Below, one piece after another: positions 24,478 to 36,249 of a DNA stretch of 44,364 nt. The DNA is from Spizellomyces punctatus DAOM BR117 (taxonomy: Eukaryota). The DNA is taken from assembly GCA_000182565.2 (NCBI GenBank), contig KQ257459.1, one strand, 5' to 3'. A model generated the notes under the pieces. It was not told the origin of the DNA and did not search any database. It worked only from the letters and a program-made list of their open reading frames with translations. Numbering within the stretch: position 1 is the stretch's first letter; every line of letters starts with the position of its first letter. The position numbers and the translations under genes were made by a program.

Positions 24478-26139
24478 GTTGCACGACTTTGATTGTCACT
24501 CACTGTAGAGACGTCCTGGACGTTATTGAGTTGCGGAGGTCGAAGGAGTGGCAGTCTGTCAAAATCTGCCGAGTACGGTGCTATCCGCGTACTCGGTGAG
24601 GGCAGCTGTGTGTCGTGAGTGTCCATAAGACACAAGCGTCAAGACTAACGAAGGACCAGCTTCGTAGGATGGGTGAGTATAAATTCCCCGGGTATACGAG
24701 TGAAAATGAAAAATGACGACGAGATTGTTGAGGATTAAGCGCACTGGGTTCCGACGGCCCACTGCTCAGGGGGGGACGCGCGGACCCAAGGTACGCAACC
24801 GAAGTTCATGACGCTCAAACGCTGTCAACAAAGCTCTCCCTGCCAGCCAAAAAAAGTGTTCCAACACTTGTTCATCCCGTGTTGGTTTCTCTTTTTTTTG
24901 ATAATGTTTTGGGTGTATTCTTTGGTTATAGTTGAATGTTTTAAATTGGGTGTTTGGATCTAATGGTAAATGTGTTGCGTAAAATTCCTAATTTTAAAAA
25001 GTAATTATATCCAAACTGAAAACCAGGTAGCCGGTTGGTGGCTCAGCGGCTCAGCTGTTCCGATTACTCAGCGACAGTGTCTCAATTTCCCTGAGGAGAA
25101 TTTTTTTTCAAAAGGTTAAATGAAGCGCGTGCCGCGTGTGTCCGCGGCACATTGCCTAATATGGAAGGCAACCCACGGATCTGGCCGGAATGGTGTGTTG
25201 GTTCTAAACGCTCAATAACTGCCCAACACTGTTTCAGAATCGCCAACCAGGGCGGCAAAAATCGGGAGAGCCGCCAGTCCATCGGAAGCGCTTCATTTGA
25301 TTATCCACCGTTCCCTAGGGCCAAAAGATTAAGCTTTTTTTTAAAGCTAAATTATTATAGACTTTGGATTGGTGTCATTAGAAAAATCAGCTATGAACTT
25401 GCTATTAGCAGACAATGGAAGGGATACACTTGTCGTCATGCTCACGCTACTCTCATAAATGAACTTTAACGTGTTGTTGCTGTTCTTGTAGATGGAATTG
25501 CGTAGTGTCCACAAAAGTGCCATGGCTTACATATTTGGTCTGAAAGCCTTGCCGCAATAACCCTAGGAAAAGCTCACACTGTTCGTTGTGTTTTGAGGCA
25601 GTTCAAGAGCTCACCGTATCCTGACATGCCTGGTTCCCCCCTTCCTGTGCTGGGCATCAACACTCGCGCATGTCGTAGACTTGGGATTTTGAACAATGCC
25701 ACTCATGCCACGCCTTCCCAACCAATCATCAGCATCAGCCGTGGCTGTGCCACAGACGCGATTTTCGTCAGGAGCGCATCGGACGTTCGTCCTGGCTGTC
25801 GTCGTCGTCGAACGACCGTTTCTTTTCCAGACACACACATACACACGCCATACATGGACAGAGCAGGTGGAGAGCCGCTCGCCGCGTGGGGTACTAACCA
25901 CCCCCTCTCTCACTTTATACAAGTCCCCTGCCTGTCTCCGGCTCGTCTACGTTTAGGCTCCTTGGCGAACGCTCCGAGACTGCAAAAAAAAAAAGTGACA
26001 CTAGAAAGCTGCAAATAGTGTAGCACCTTTATCTATTGAATCTATCCCCCAATATTCTCGATATAGACGAGTACCGTATACATAGACTAGCACCGGCTTG
26101 CGTCCTTTGCACTCTCGGGCTTCCACCGATTTGTTTGTC

Positions 26140-27720
26140 ATGTCTGCGTCAGCCCTTCTCGCGTCGGCCACGCATCCAACGGAGCTCTATGCTTTGTTCA
26201 AATTCCTCGCTACCCCATCACCAAAGCTCGAAGATGCAACCGCCGCGGCTTCCCCCTCAGTTTCAGATCCTTCCTATTCGCGTAGGATGTGCTATCACTT
26301 TCTCAACCTCACTTCTCGATCATTTGCCCGAGTGATTCAGGAGCTTGATGCGGAACTTCGGCATCCTATTTGCATTTTTTATCTAGTTTTGAGAGGTTTG
26401 GATACAGTTGAGGATGATATGACAATACCGTTGGAGAGGAAGAAGGAAGTACTGCAAAATTTTCACAAGAGTATATATCAGCGAGGGTGGACATTCACTG
26501 AAAATGGAGAGAGTGAGAAAGATCGGGAGCTCCTAGTTAAGTTTGACGTTGTGGTGAACGAATTTCTCAGCTTGAAGGAGAGGTGAGATTGCTCCAACTC
26601 TGAAAATTTCGTGATTTGTCTGGGCGAAAAACTAACAATGGTCCCTTTCTCTAGCTATCAGACTGTCATTGCCGACATAACCAAGCGCATGGGTCACGGA
26701 ATGTCCGACTTCGTTTCCCGACCACTCCAAACGGACAAATCCATTCATCACATCGAAATCACAACCAAGGCAGATTACAATCTATACACTCACTACGTGG
26801 CTGGCCTTGTCGGTATAGGCTTGACAGAGCTATTTGTCGCCTCCGGCTTGGAACGGCCGTCGCTCGGCGCCCCGCACAATATCGAACTGGCGAATGAAAT
26901 GGGACAATTTCTGCAAAAAGTCAATATTCTCAAGGACTTTTTGGAGGATCTAGGGGAAGGGCGAGTGTTCTGGCCAAAAGAGGTATGGAGCAAGCACGTT
27001 CCCAAAGGAGCACCAGCCGAAGCGCTTGCCAAAGAGGAAAATATTGCGCGAGCGCTTGCATGCCTGAACGAGCTTGTGGTTGATGCGTTGGAGCATGTGC
27101 CGAACTGTCTAGAGTATATGAGCTGCATACAGAATCAGACCGTATTCCAGTTTTGCGCTATTCCTCAGGTTTGTCGTTGATTGTCTTTGCTGTTGTTAAT
27201 GCAGGCACTAAACTCTTGCGGTACGGCCCACAGATGATGGCCATCGCAACGCTGGATCGCTTTTTCAATGACCCCACGTTGTTTCGCACAACGGGAACTA
27301 AGATTCGTCGCGGCTTAGCAGTTAAGCTAATGTTAAAGTCTGGAGACATGGATAGTGTAAAGCGCACCTACGAGCAATATGCGTTGTCCATAAACAGAAA
27401 GAACGCACAACGCGTTGGTACCAACGAGCAGGATGATAGCTTTTTGAAAGTCAGCACTACATGCGCAAAGGTGGGCACCGACTCTTTCGTGTTGTCAGTT
27501 TCAGATAACCTTAACCATATTGTTATAGATTGTTAGATGGATCCACACCCACGATCAAAAGTATGGGCTGGTCACCAATGGCCGGCGTAAGGACTCTGGC
27601 TACGGTTCAACGCTTGTAGATCAATCGAGTAATTCTGGAGGTTACAGCTTTATTGTAGTTATTGGTGTAGTCATGATTGGACTTGCACTGTCGTTGGGAA
27701 TGCTTCCAGCCGTTCAATGA
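26140..27720 (+). CDS. ERG9: Squalene synthase (farnesyl-diphosphate farnesyltransferase), ~461 aa
   Basis: Exons 26140-26582, 26655-27168, 27234-27470, 27529-27720. Motifs TSRSFARVIQEL, FYLVLRGLDTVEDDMTI, YTHYVAGLVGIGL, MGQFLQKVNILKDFLED, FCAIPQMMAIATL; C-terminal hydrophobic anchor FIVVIGVVMIGLALSLGML. Confidence 0.95.
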
Positions 27721-28022
27721 GAGTGAAATCTTGTTATTTCTGTAATTGACTTGTACAATGTGCATGTTGCCGATTGTGAAACTCTTCACGACGCAGGCCC
27801 GATCCTATATGATCGGATATCGTTTGGACTCCGCTGGTACACTGCAACACCCGATACATAGTGTGGTAAGCGCAGTAAGCAGATGTAGCCCTTCCATGAT
27901 GTCTCCCACTGGAACCGATCTGAAATCTTGTGTTGCTTGACACAGCGCTTCATCTTGATCCCCCAGTTGCACTCTCAAATCGGCAATACGTTTGGTATCA
28001 ACCGTAGGAAATACACTCTTAC

Positions 28023-28231
28023 CCTTGTAAGCATTTTACGAAGAGTTCCCAGATCTTCTTGTGCAGCTTGACGGATTCCAACCAATATATATTGTTCTGA
28101 CGACCTAGTTGCGCTCATGAATCGGCAACAAGTTTTGAGAGGCACGGCAGAAAAGACTCTTCTTAACCTTGTAAGCATTATATGGAGAGTTCCCAGGCTT
28201 TCTTGTGCAGATTGGCGGGTTCCCCAACCAA
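28023..28231. repeat. Imperfect ~63-bp direct repeat pair (28023-28085 and 28167-28231)
   Basis: ccttgtaagcattttacgaagagttcccagatcttcttgtgcagcttgacgg versus ccttgtaagcattatatggagagttcccaggctttcttgtgcagattggcgg, offset 144 nt. Confidence 0.8.
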
Positions 28232-28911
28232 GAGCTCCAAATGAGAGGCGAAATGTGGCGAGCCCGACCTGGCAGATATGCGGATGTATAAATGGTGGAA
28301 CTTGCCAATGTCTCTCACAAAAGAGAGACTCAACACCTGCGATACAAACTCCTTTCTGAATCGAGCTTGACCAGTAGTAAATGGCAACATGTCCGTCGCC
28401 TCCACTCCTACTCTCACTACGCCTCCTCGTTACTTTCGTCTAATCAGTACTACACGCTTTGAAAACGAAACCTCGTTCACTGTCATCCGGGTCCGACGAG
28501 GACCTCGTGGCAGTGTCACGCACGAGTTATCTCCTTCTGCTGGGAGCCTGCACCGGAGGCATGCTATTCTGCAGAGTGGCAAAAATAAAGAATCGCAAAC
28601 AGTATATAAGGAAATCGCAGAAGCGACCCATGACGCTGTGGAACTTTAGGCAACGCATTGAAAGGGAACGAATGTCTGCTATTGACAGTTTGTTTGTTGT
28701 CACATCCGTCGAGCGGAGATGTTGGCTGGGTTAATGTACATAGCGGCTCTTGAGCTTGGACCTCACATACGTCGGATAGTGAAGGACATTAAAAGTGCAA
28801 AAAAGAAACACTATATATGCAAATATCATGTTTTCCTTCAAGGGTATTCCAGACCTCTGTCTACAGCATTTATACACCTGGTACTTGTAACTTTAGAACG
28901 GGTACCCTATG

Positions 28912-30224
28912 TCAATGCACCTCTATACTAATGCTAAACCCCCAATCTTGTTGTTCCCACGCTTGTAATTCGGGCAGCTCAGGCACGGCCCCCGCCTCCA
29001 GTCCATGTCCATTGCTACTCCGAACACCACGATCTCCATTGAGAACTGTGGGGGGCAATGAGGTGCGTTGTGACTTGATCATGGAAGGATTACCATTGTA
29101 GCCGTTAGTTTTCGAGGCTGAACCCGATGCATCTGAAGAGTGTTTAGAATTATCCCGCTTGTTGACTTGTTTGCCAAAGCCTGTCGCGGCATACTGAACA
29201 AAGTTCTGCGTATTGAGGGCAGTTAATTGGTGAGCAAATCAATAAAGCTGCTATTTAGAAAACCTACCAAGAAGCCCGACAAATGTGCGAACGCAATAAC
29301 CAGCGTTTCCGCCCACCAAGGGGCATCTGTCCTCGTTCCACCACCCACTACAATTAGCACTAGAACACCAGACCAACTGGTCATAAACACAAATACGAAT
29401 GTCGCCATGACTGTTGCTGCTTTCAGTTGGTACATTCTGGCTTCCTTGCTTTTATTCAAAACCTTGCTCATCTCATTCGATGCAATCGCACGGATGTGGA
29501 GATATATTCGCATGTAGCAGAACACCATCAGAAGGAGCGGTGGCGCAATGATGGATCCCACCACTACTGCTGCCGCTGCTTTATTTGAATGTTGAATGGC
29601 GCACCATATCTCGTTCCGGTAACCCCAATCGTACAAACTGGCCTTTGCCCAGGAGACGATACGAGACCCAAGCACAAGAACGAACGAAATTGACCAGGCG
29701 GATGCCAACATGAGGTTTCTGCGGGCATATATGAGAAGGGTTAAGCATCGTTCCATTTTATCAAGGAACAATCTTGCTTACTCGGTTCTATGTGAAGGTA
29801 TTCTCCCCCGAATGATAACTAGGTATGAATAGGCGCTACTGGTGGAAAGAATATAGACACAGGCTCCCACAGTAAAATACAAAACTGGTCCTTGCGACTA
29901 TCAAGTAATTGCATTCAATTCTTGCTATCGAGAAAACGCATTCAAGGACAGCAGCGGACAGACCTGGCACAGAAAATCCCGCTCTGGCATTTCCACTCCA
30001 AGCACATGACAAAGGCAATATCCAAAGCATGAAGCGCTAAACACCAAATTAGAGATGCTGACATGGGCGATAACGCGGTGGCCATATCCCTGGCGTCGTT
30101 TCCGAACATGTCGCCAGTAATTCCATAGAATGATGATGTCACAGCAGAGCGAAAGAGCGGTGAAGGTCACAAGGAGAATCCAAGTTATTCGGGACTCGCT
30201 TTGAGTGTATACCATATCATGCAT
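28912..30224 (-). CDS. Seven-transmembrane rhodopsin-like (class A-like) GPCR, ~373 aa
   Basis: Exons 30224-29964, 29897-29782, 29718-29268, 29205-28912 join in frame. Seven hydrophobic segments; LCQSQG at the TM3 start, WC in ECL2, FCYMRIY at the TM5 end, FMTSWSG in TM6, AFAHLSGFLNFVQY in TM7; Ser/Gly-rich tail. Confidence 0.8.
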
Positions 30225-31095
30225 TTTGTCGTAACGTATGCCGTGGTGAGAAGAAAATGGTACGATTCGTGTCTGCTAAAACTTGGTCAACACGACCCCC
30301 CGAAGGGCAACCAAAATGGTGGCCCTTGGTCGAAGTCTAAAATTGATGACTGACTGTATTTGCACCTATTTCCGTTATTTTCTAGGCTCGAAAGTATAGC
30401 TGACAATCGTACCAATTCCCCGGTCTCCATAAGCTTGAATCCGTACTCTGAGGGTCACCCTGGTGCGAACCTATTGAAATTTAGGGGCGTTCAGCGTAAC
30501 GGTCAACATCTTGCTAATATGGGGGGGTAGCGTGGCTGATAATGTTCATAATCCCAGTGTAAGCGATTATGAATCCTAGCATAAATATTCCTGGATAACT
30601 CTATGAATAGAAGACCCGTGTTTAAGTGAAGTACCTGTCCTACTTTTCTGGGGTATCGGCTTTGACTATTTTACGCTCGGTACATTTCACACTCAATTAG
30701 TGATTGCATCAAAGGTTTGGATGCGCTTTACTTAAGTACGATTTCTTTATTAACTACATCCTACATGCCATCCGCTGAACTTATTTAGATATTTCCTGCA
30801 AACTTAAATGATATGCCTAACTCGTACGTTCGGCGTAAGTTTAAAATGTCCAATGTCAATGCTCTCCAGTCCGTGGCTTAGATGCTTATGTCACTCAACC
30901 TCAACCAATGATCAAATTGCTGTGCCACCCAGTCAAGCCCATCAATTCCGTAGCTTGCAACGTCGTTGAACCTCCTCTTTCATCAAAGCAAGACTCACGG
31001 CGCATGTATGTATCCTGGGAGGATGAAAAAGGAGATGGATGATATTGATGTAGTGGTGTGCCCCTGAATGATGGATGACTGGGGTTCGATACATG

Positions 31096-31115
31096 GGATG
31101 GATGGATGGATGGAT
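31096..31115. repeat. (GGAT)5 microsatellite upstream of RPS12
   Basis: ggatggatggatggatggat read directly. Confidence 0.85.
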
Positions 31116-31273
31116 AGATGGGAGTGTTGATGGTGAATGGCGAGCAGAAGTTTGTCATGGCGTACATTTGGACCTGATGCTGATCTGTCGCTGCTTTCCT
31201 TTTTTTCCTTGATTCTCTCAGTGAGGACGTCTGTCGACCCCCTTTATCTCGCATATATCAAGAAACACAAATC

Positions 31274-32048
31274 ATGTCTGCAGAAGGAGATGTCGCCGCT
31301 GAGGTTGTTGAGGTTGCCGCCGACGCTGGTAAGCGTGCTTGATAACTGAAGGGTTCCAGACACGACACTAACTGTCCTATTTAGTTGCCCCTCGTGGCAC
31401 TATGTCTGTTGAGGAGGCCCTTCAGGAAGTGTTGAAGAAGGCTCTCGTTCACGACGGTCTTGCGCGTGGGTTGAGGGAGGCGGCCAAGGCTCTCGACAGG
31501 TGAGCAGTGTGGTGCTGAATGCATATGGAGGAAGCTACTAGGAGGGGGCCCTGTGATGATTTCGCATCTTCCAATCAGTTTCAAGACGGGACTGACCGCC
31601 TAATGGCATGAATGACACGCGGATTCCACTGAGGGGCATGGGGGGATATGGATCACCGCCAATGTTTAAGCAGAATCTGGACGAGACCACATTACTGATA
31701 TGGGCTTATTTTCGACAATACTAGACGCCAGGCTCACCTTTGCGTGTTGGTCGAGACCTGCACGGAGAAAGAGTACATCAAGCTCGTTGAGGCTCTTTGT
31801 GCCGAGCACAACATCAACTTGATCAAGGTGTCTGATGCAAAGAAGCTCGGCGAGTGGGCTGGTCTCTGCAAGATCGACCGTGAGGGTAACGCCCGTAAGG
31901 TTGTGGGCTGCTCGTGCGTGGTCGTCAAGGACATTGGTGAGGACTCTGAGGCGATGAACGTACTCCTCGAGGTGAGTAAAAACATTCAAATGGCGCATGT
32001 AGTATGACAGCTAATGCCCATCGTTCGCAGTACTTCCGCACCCGTTAA
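31274..32048 (+). CDS. RPS12: 40S ribosomal protein S12 (eS12), 144 aa
   Basis: Exons 31274-31328, 31385-31499, 31725-31971, 32031-32048. [84 protein letters not shown]. Confidence 0.97.
31548..31637 (+). ncRNA. Intronic box C/D snoRNA with a SNORD21/U21-like guide, in RPS12 intron 2
   Basis: Terminal stem GCCC (31548-31551)/GGGC (31634-31637); C box GTGATGA 31553-31559; D' CTGA 31592-31595; C'-like ATGAATGA 31608-31615; D CTGA 31629-31632. Guide GTTTCAAGACGGG (31578-31590) is complementary to conserved LSU rRNA CCCGUCUUGAAAC. Confidence 0.88.
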
Positions 32049-33023
32049 GCATAGATTACTTGGGAAAATGCCCTTCCATGATCATCATGTGTCACTTGAC
32101 TGGAAGGGTACCCGGGGTAGTACATTACCCCGGGATGTACTGAAAAGGTGAGCACATGGGCCTTGGAAGTCTTTCGATGAGGTTGCGGTGATGATTGTGG
32201 AGCTCCCTCTACTGAATGCATGTGAGGATAAATCCGCATCCGGAATCATAATATGCTTATCTGAGCGACCTCATTGCGGGCATTTGCAATACTTCATGAC
32301 TGTAAATTGTCATACTAAAACAACTGTTATTCTGTTCAGGTCCTTGTCAACCCATTCGGATCACTGACTGAAACAGCTTGTATATGTCGCATAGATTTGT
32401 GCATGCTGAATATACGCTTAAAACCATGCCAATGTGTGCGCTAATAACAAGTGCTGATACCTGTTTCCATTGCGAGATAAAGATCTGACACTGCTTGTAA
32501 AATCCGTGTCATTGAATGTGAATTCTAGTTGTATTTGCCATGTGGAAACAGGGTGCGATTGCGGTATAGATTTATGGTTGCGTGTCAAATATGGTTGCCT
32601 GGGTGCGTAATTTATCCAAAAATGGATAGCGATAGACTGGATCCGTGGGTACGTTGGGGTGCGAAACGACACCTGGAGTGAAAGCGTTGGTCCTTTGGCG
32701 CCGTGTTCTTGTTTTGCGACGAGCTTTGCTCCTCTCCTTGGGGTTGCTGAGCCGCTGTTCTTGCCCTACCGTTGTTGACTGTTCGTCGTAGCCACGCGCT
32801 GTATTTTGTTTGACGTCATACTGGCTCAGGGGTAAGTTGTCGAACCGGTTTTTGGTTCTCGGAAACGGCGCTCCGTCTCGATCTCTCCATTCGATTTGAC
32901 ACTGGTTTCTTCTTTGGCAGACCGCTTGCGGTGGCCGTATTTGACAACACTGGGGTCTTGTTCTGCTCCAATTCTTTGGGCCTGAGTTATTGACTGCCCC
33001 TTGTCAGGTTGGCAATCGGCACC

Positions 33024-35879
33024 ATGACTTCCCACGATGGCTATAGTGACAGCTACGACTACGATAACGACAATGATAATGACATGGATAACGATGATGA
33101 TCAGGACGAGTTTGATTCTGGGCCGACTGGTGGAAAGCGAAAGCGAATAACACAGGCATGTGATGCATGCAATAAGAAGGTGGGTATAGCCTGTGCGCGA
33201 AGCATTCGTCCTCTGGTCCTCTTCCCTTATGGATTATTTGGAACGCTGCTCGCGATAAAATCAGTCGTTCTGCATTGTCGCTGACCTGGTTGGCTTTGGT
33301 TCATGCAGAAAGTGAAGTGTGACGGCATCAAACCAACGTGTTCCAATTGCTTGCGATCCAGTTCGTCTTGTTCATACTCTCGTGGGGCAAAAAAACGTGG
33401 ACCACGGGCTGGCTATATTGAATCTTTAGAAAATCGATTGAAAGAAATGGAAGCATTGCTAAAGCCTTTGCACGGAAGTGACGAAAGCTTAGTGTCCGGG
33501 CTGTCGTCAAACGAAACGTTGGATCAAGCTAATCCGTCACGATCATCCAGCACGTCCATGGCATCTCTGGATTTGGCTAATTCAACAAGCTCGGCGCCGC
33601 AATTTCACAATGATACCATGTTTACCCAACACGGCGTGATGATCAAAGACCAAATTCCTTTCTCAAATTCCTTTTTCATGTCCCCGAGTATCGATTATGC
33701 AGGAACATCTTGCCCACCAGGTCCAACAGCACAGCAACAGAGCACGGGTTACGTACCACCAGATGCCACGAACGATCTCCTTGAGCTGTACTTCCACTAC
33801 ATAGGACCAATTATGCCCTTGATACACAAGCGAACGTTTTACCAGAATATCGCCAATCAATCCCCGTTGATGCTGAATGCGATGTACGCGCTTGCCGCCC
33901 GGTTTTCGACACACCCTGCGATAAGGACAAATCCCGACGCATTTTATAGTTCTGGGGATAACTTTTACATCAAGGCGCGAGAGATGGTGGACCACTATAT
34001 GGACGTGCCGAATGCCACAACAGTGAATGCTTTATTGATTTTGGCAACATATGCAGCAGAATCTGGTCGAGGTTTGTATTTTGTGGTAGACCAATTGAAA
34101 TCAATTCGTGAGCTGATGATACGTGTTTTCCTGGTTGCAGGTTCAGCAGCGTGGATGTATTCTGGAATGGCTATCAGAATGGCCCAAGAGTTAAAGCTAA
34201 ACGTGGAGCCCGATTTTGAGGAGGCTTTTGCTGGTGGGTCGCGGATGGGATGGCTGGAGAAGGAAACGAGGAGAAGATTATGGTGGTGCTGCTTTGTGCT
34301 TGACCGGTATGCTGGTGCAGCTGCTGACCGCTCGATGATCATAAACGAGAAAGACTGCAAGGTTTACCTTCCTTCGTCGGAAATATCTTGGGAGTCGCTG
34401 GATCCATCGGAGATAGCGAAAAATGTCTCTGGGCTACCTACACCAGATTCATATCAAATTGCGGTGCTCACGTCGACCAATGCGTTTACACCAGGAATCC
34501 CTGCTCAAAGCCCCTATGGGTATTTCATCCTTCTTGTCAAGATCTTCGGAAAGATTGTTGAATACTCCAATCTCTTCAAAACGGCGCAACGCACCAATAC
34601 GACTCCTGCGCTGACACCAGACGCGGATTATCAGCTCTCTGTGTTGGACGCATCGCTTCGAGATTGGTTTGGATCTTTACCGGAGTGGATGCGCGTAATA
34701 GGGGACAGCTTTGTTCCGGAACTTACGTCCACAAATCCACCATCCTGGCACATTGCATACCTGCATATCTTTTATCACACGTGTGTGATTGTTCTCCATC
34801 GGCCAAAGATGATGGTGACACTCCGTGACATACGCGCAAAGAGTGGATCGGCGGCAGCAACTTCCAGTCCATCCTTTGTCGTGTGCTTGTCCAGTGCCAA
34901 TGAGATTAGCGCGGTACTGCAAAAGGTCATGAAGACCAATCCGGACTTTTTATATTTTTCGCCCTTTGTGGCATATTGCATATTTCAAAGCGGCTTGGTG
35001 CATCTAATGACGATGCAACTTGGTGCGACTCCTGGGGGCGCCAGATCGCAGGCCACCGGAGAGGATAAGGAGATGGAGGCGCAAGCTGAAAGTAACGTTG
35101 AGGTTCATATGAAGGCGTTAAAGGGGGTGGGACGATACTGGTTCATGGCTGGCAGGTTGTTTACGATGCTAAAGTCACTTGTTGGAGGTGGAGCCGGATC
35201 TGTCGCCTTGGTGGAAGGGGGTTTGTCGATGTCGGACCGCAGATGGGTTGCGTTGAAGGAGAGGACATCGGACGGTAATAATCTGAATGGACTCGACGGA
35301 GGCATGGACAAGTCTTCAAGGGGTCGGGTTACCGGTATAGACGGTGGAGGGGTGGGAAATACACCTGATCGAGATACATCGAATGGGCCGACAGGTGTGA
35401 CAGCAGGCTCGAGCGGCAATGGGATGGCTGGGGCAGATCTGCAGCCTACGGCGGGCCTGCCGCGCATAGGACCTCCCGGGGTCTCACCTGCGGTCCCTCT
35501 CGGCCAGCCTCTTGGCATGGAAAGTGACCCCAACTTTGTGGATTACGAGTTTTTCGCCGAAGTGGGGGGCCCCGGTGCGGCGTGGAGTGCTGCGGCAAGC
35601 AGTGCGGGGATGCGACCTCAACATCAAGGGATGGCTGTTGGGATGGGATTGATGAATCCAGGTATACCCATGGATGGTGGCGCTGGAATAGCTATGCTTG
35701 GCGGGATGTATCCCAGTGGACAGAATGGTGCGGTGCCGATGGGGATGGGAGGGTATGGCCAGCAGTTTGGAATGATGAGCAATGGAAATCGGCAGGGGCC
35801 GATGCAATCTATGGGACACCCGTCCGAAATGGGACGAGGGAGGGGAATGTATCCTGGTTCGGATGCAAGGTGGCCATGA
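33024..35879 (+). CDS. Zn(II)2Cys6 fungal transcription factor with fungal-specific TF (middle homology) domain
   Basis: Exons 33024-33179, 33309-34071, 34141-35879. Spliced CDACNKKKVKCDGIKPTCSNCLRSSSSC; YIESLENRLKEMEALL coiled coil; AWMYSGMAIRMAQELKLN..EKETRRRLWWCCFVLDR; acidic N-terminus and Gly/Met/Pro-rich tail. Confidence 0.93.
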
Positions 35880-36249
35880 GCATTAATAGCTCTCATTCGT
35901 CTGATGCATGGCATTGCATTTTTATGATCGCATACAGATATTGATTTCTTTTTAATTTTAATAAATTCAAAAAGTCTTTTGTTTTGTTGGTCTTTGGTGA
36001 ATGAACCACTTGAGCCGATCCCCCAAATGTGGCCGAGAGTCGAAACCCTCCTGAAACTCTGTTATGGCACAGTCATTCACACATGTGATAACTGTGCCAT
36101 CCAGGCCGACGCTGGACAGTTCTGCTTTCGGCAAGTTACATTGTGTTCAAACAATTGTTAACTTGTCACTCGCCATCGCCTGGTTTCGTCGCAAACACGT
36201 AGAACAGGAGCATCGCCAACGGTTCCGCCCGGCCGACCGATCGCGAAGA

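Noticed and set aside
25860..25925. TACTAAC branch point and an SRE-like GTGGGGTA upstream of ERG9
   Set aside because: The candidate donor is weak and the SRE match imperfect; not supportable without transcript data
26140..27720. Squalene synthase as part of an NRPS-terpene hybrid cluster
   Set aside because: It looks like the ordinary membrane-anchored ERG9 among housekeeping genes; it acts downstream of mevalonate and does not supply siderophore acyl groups
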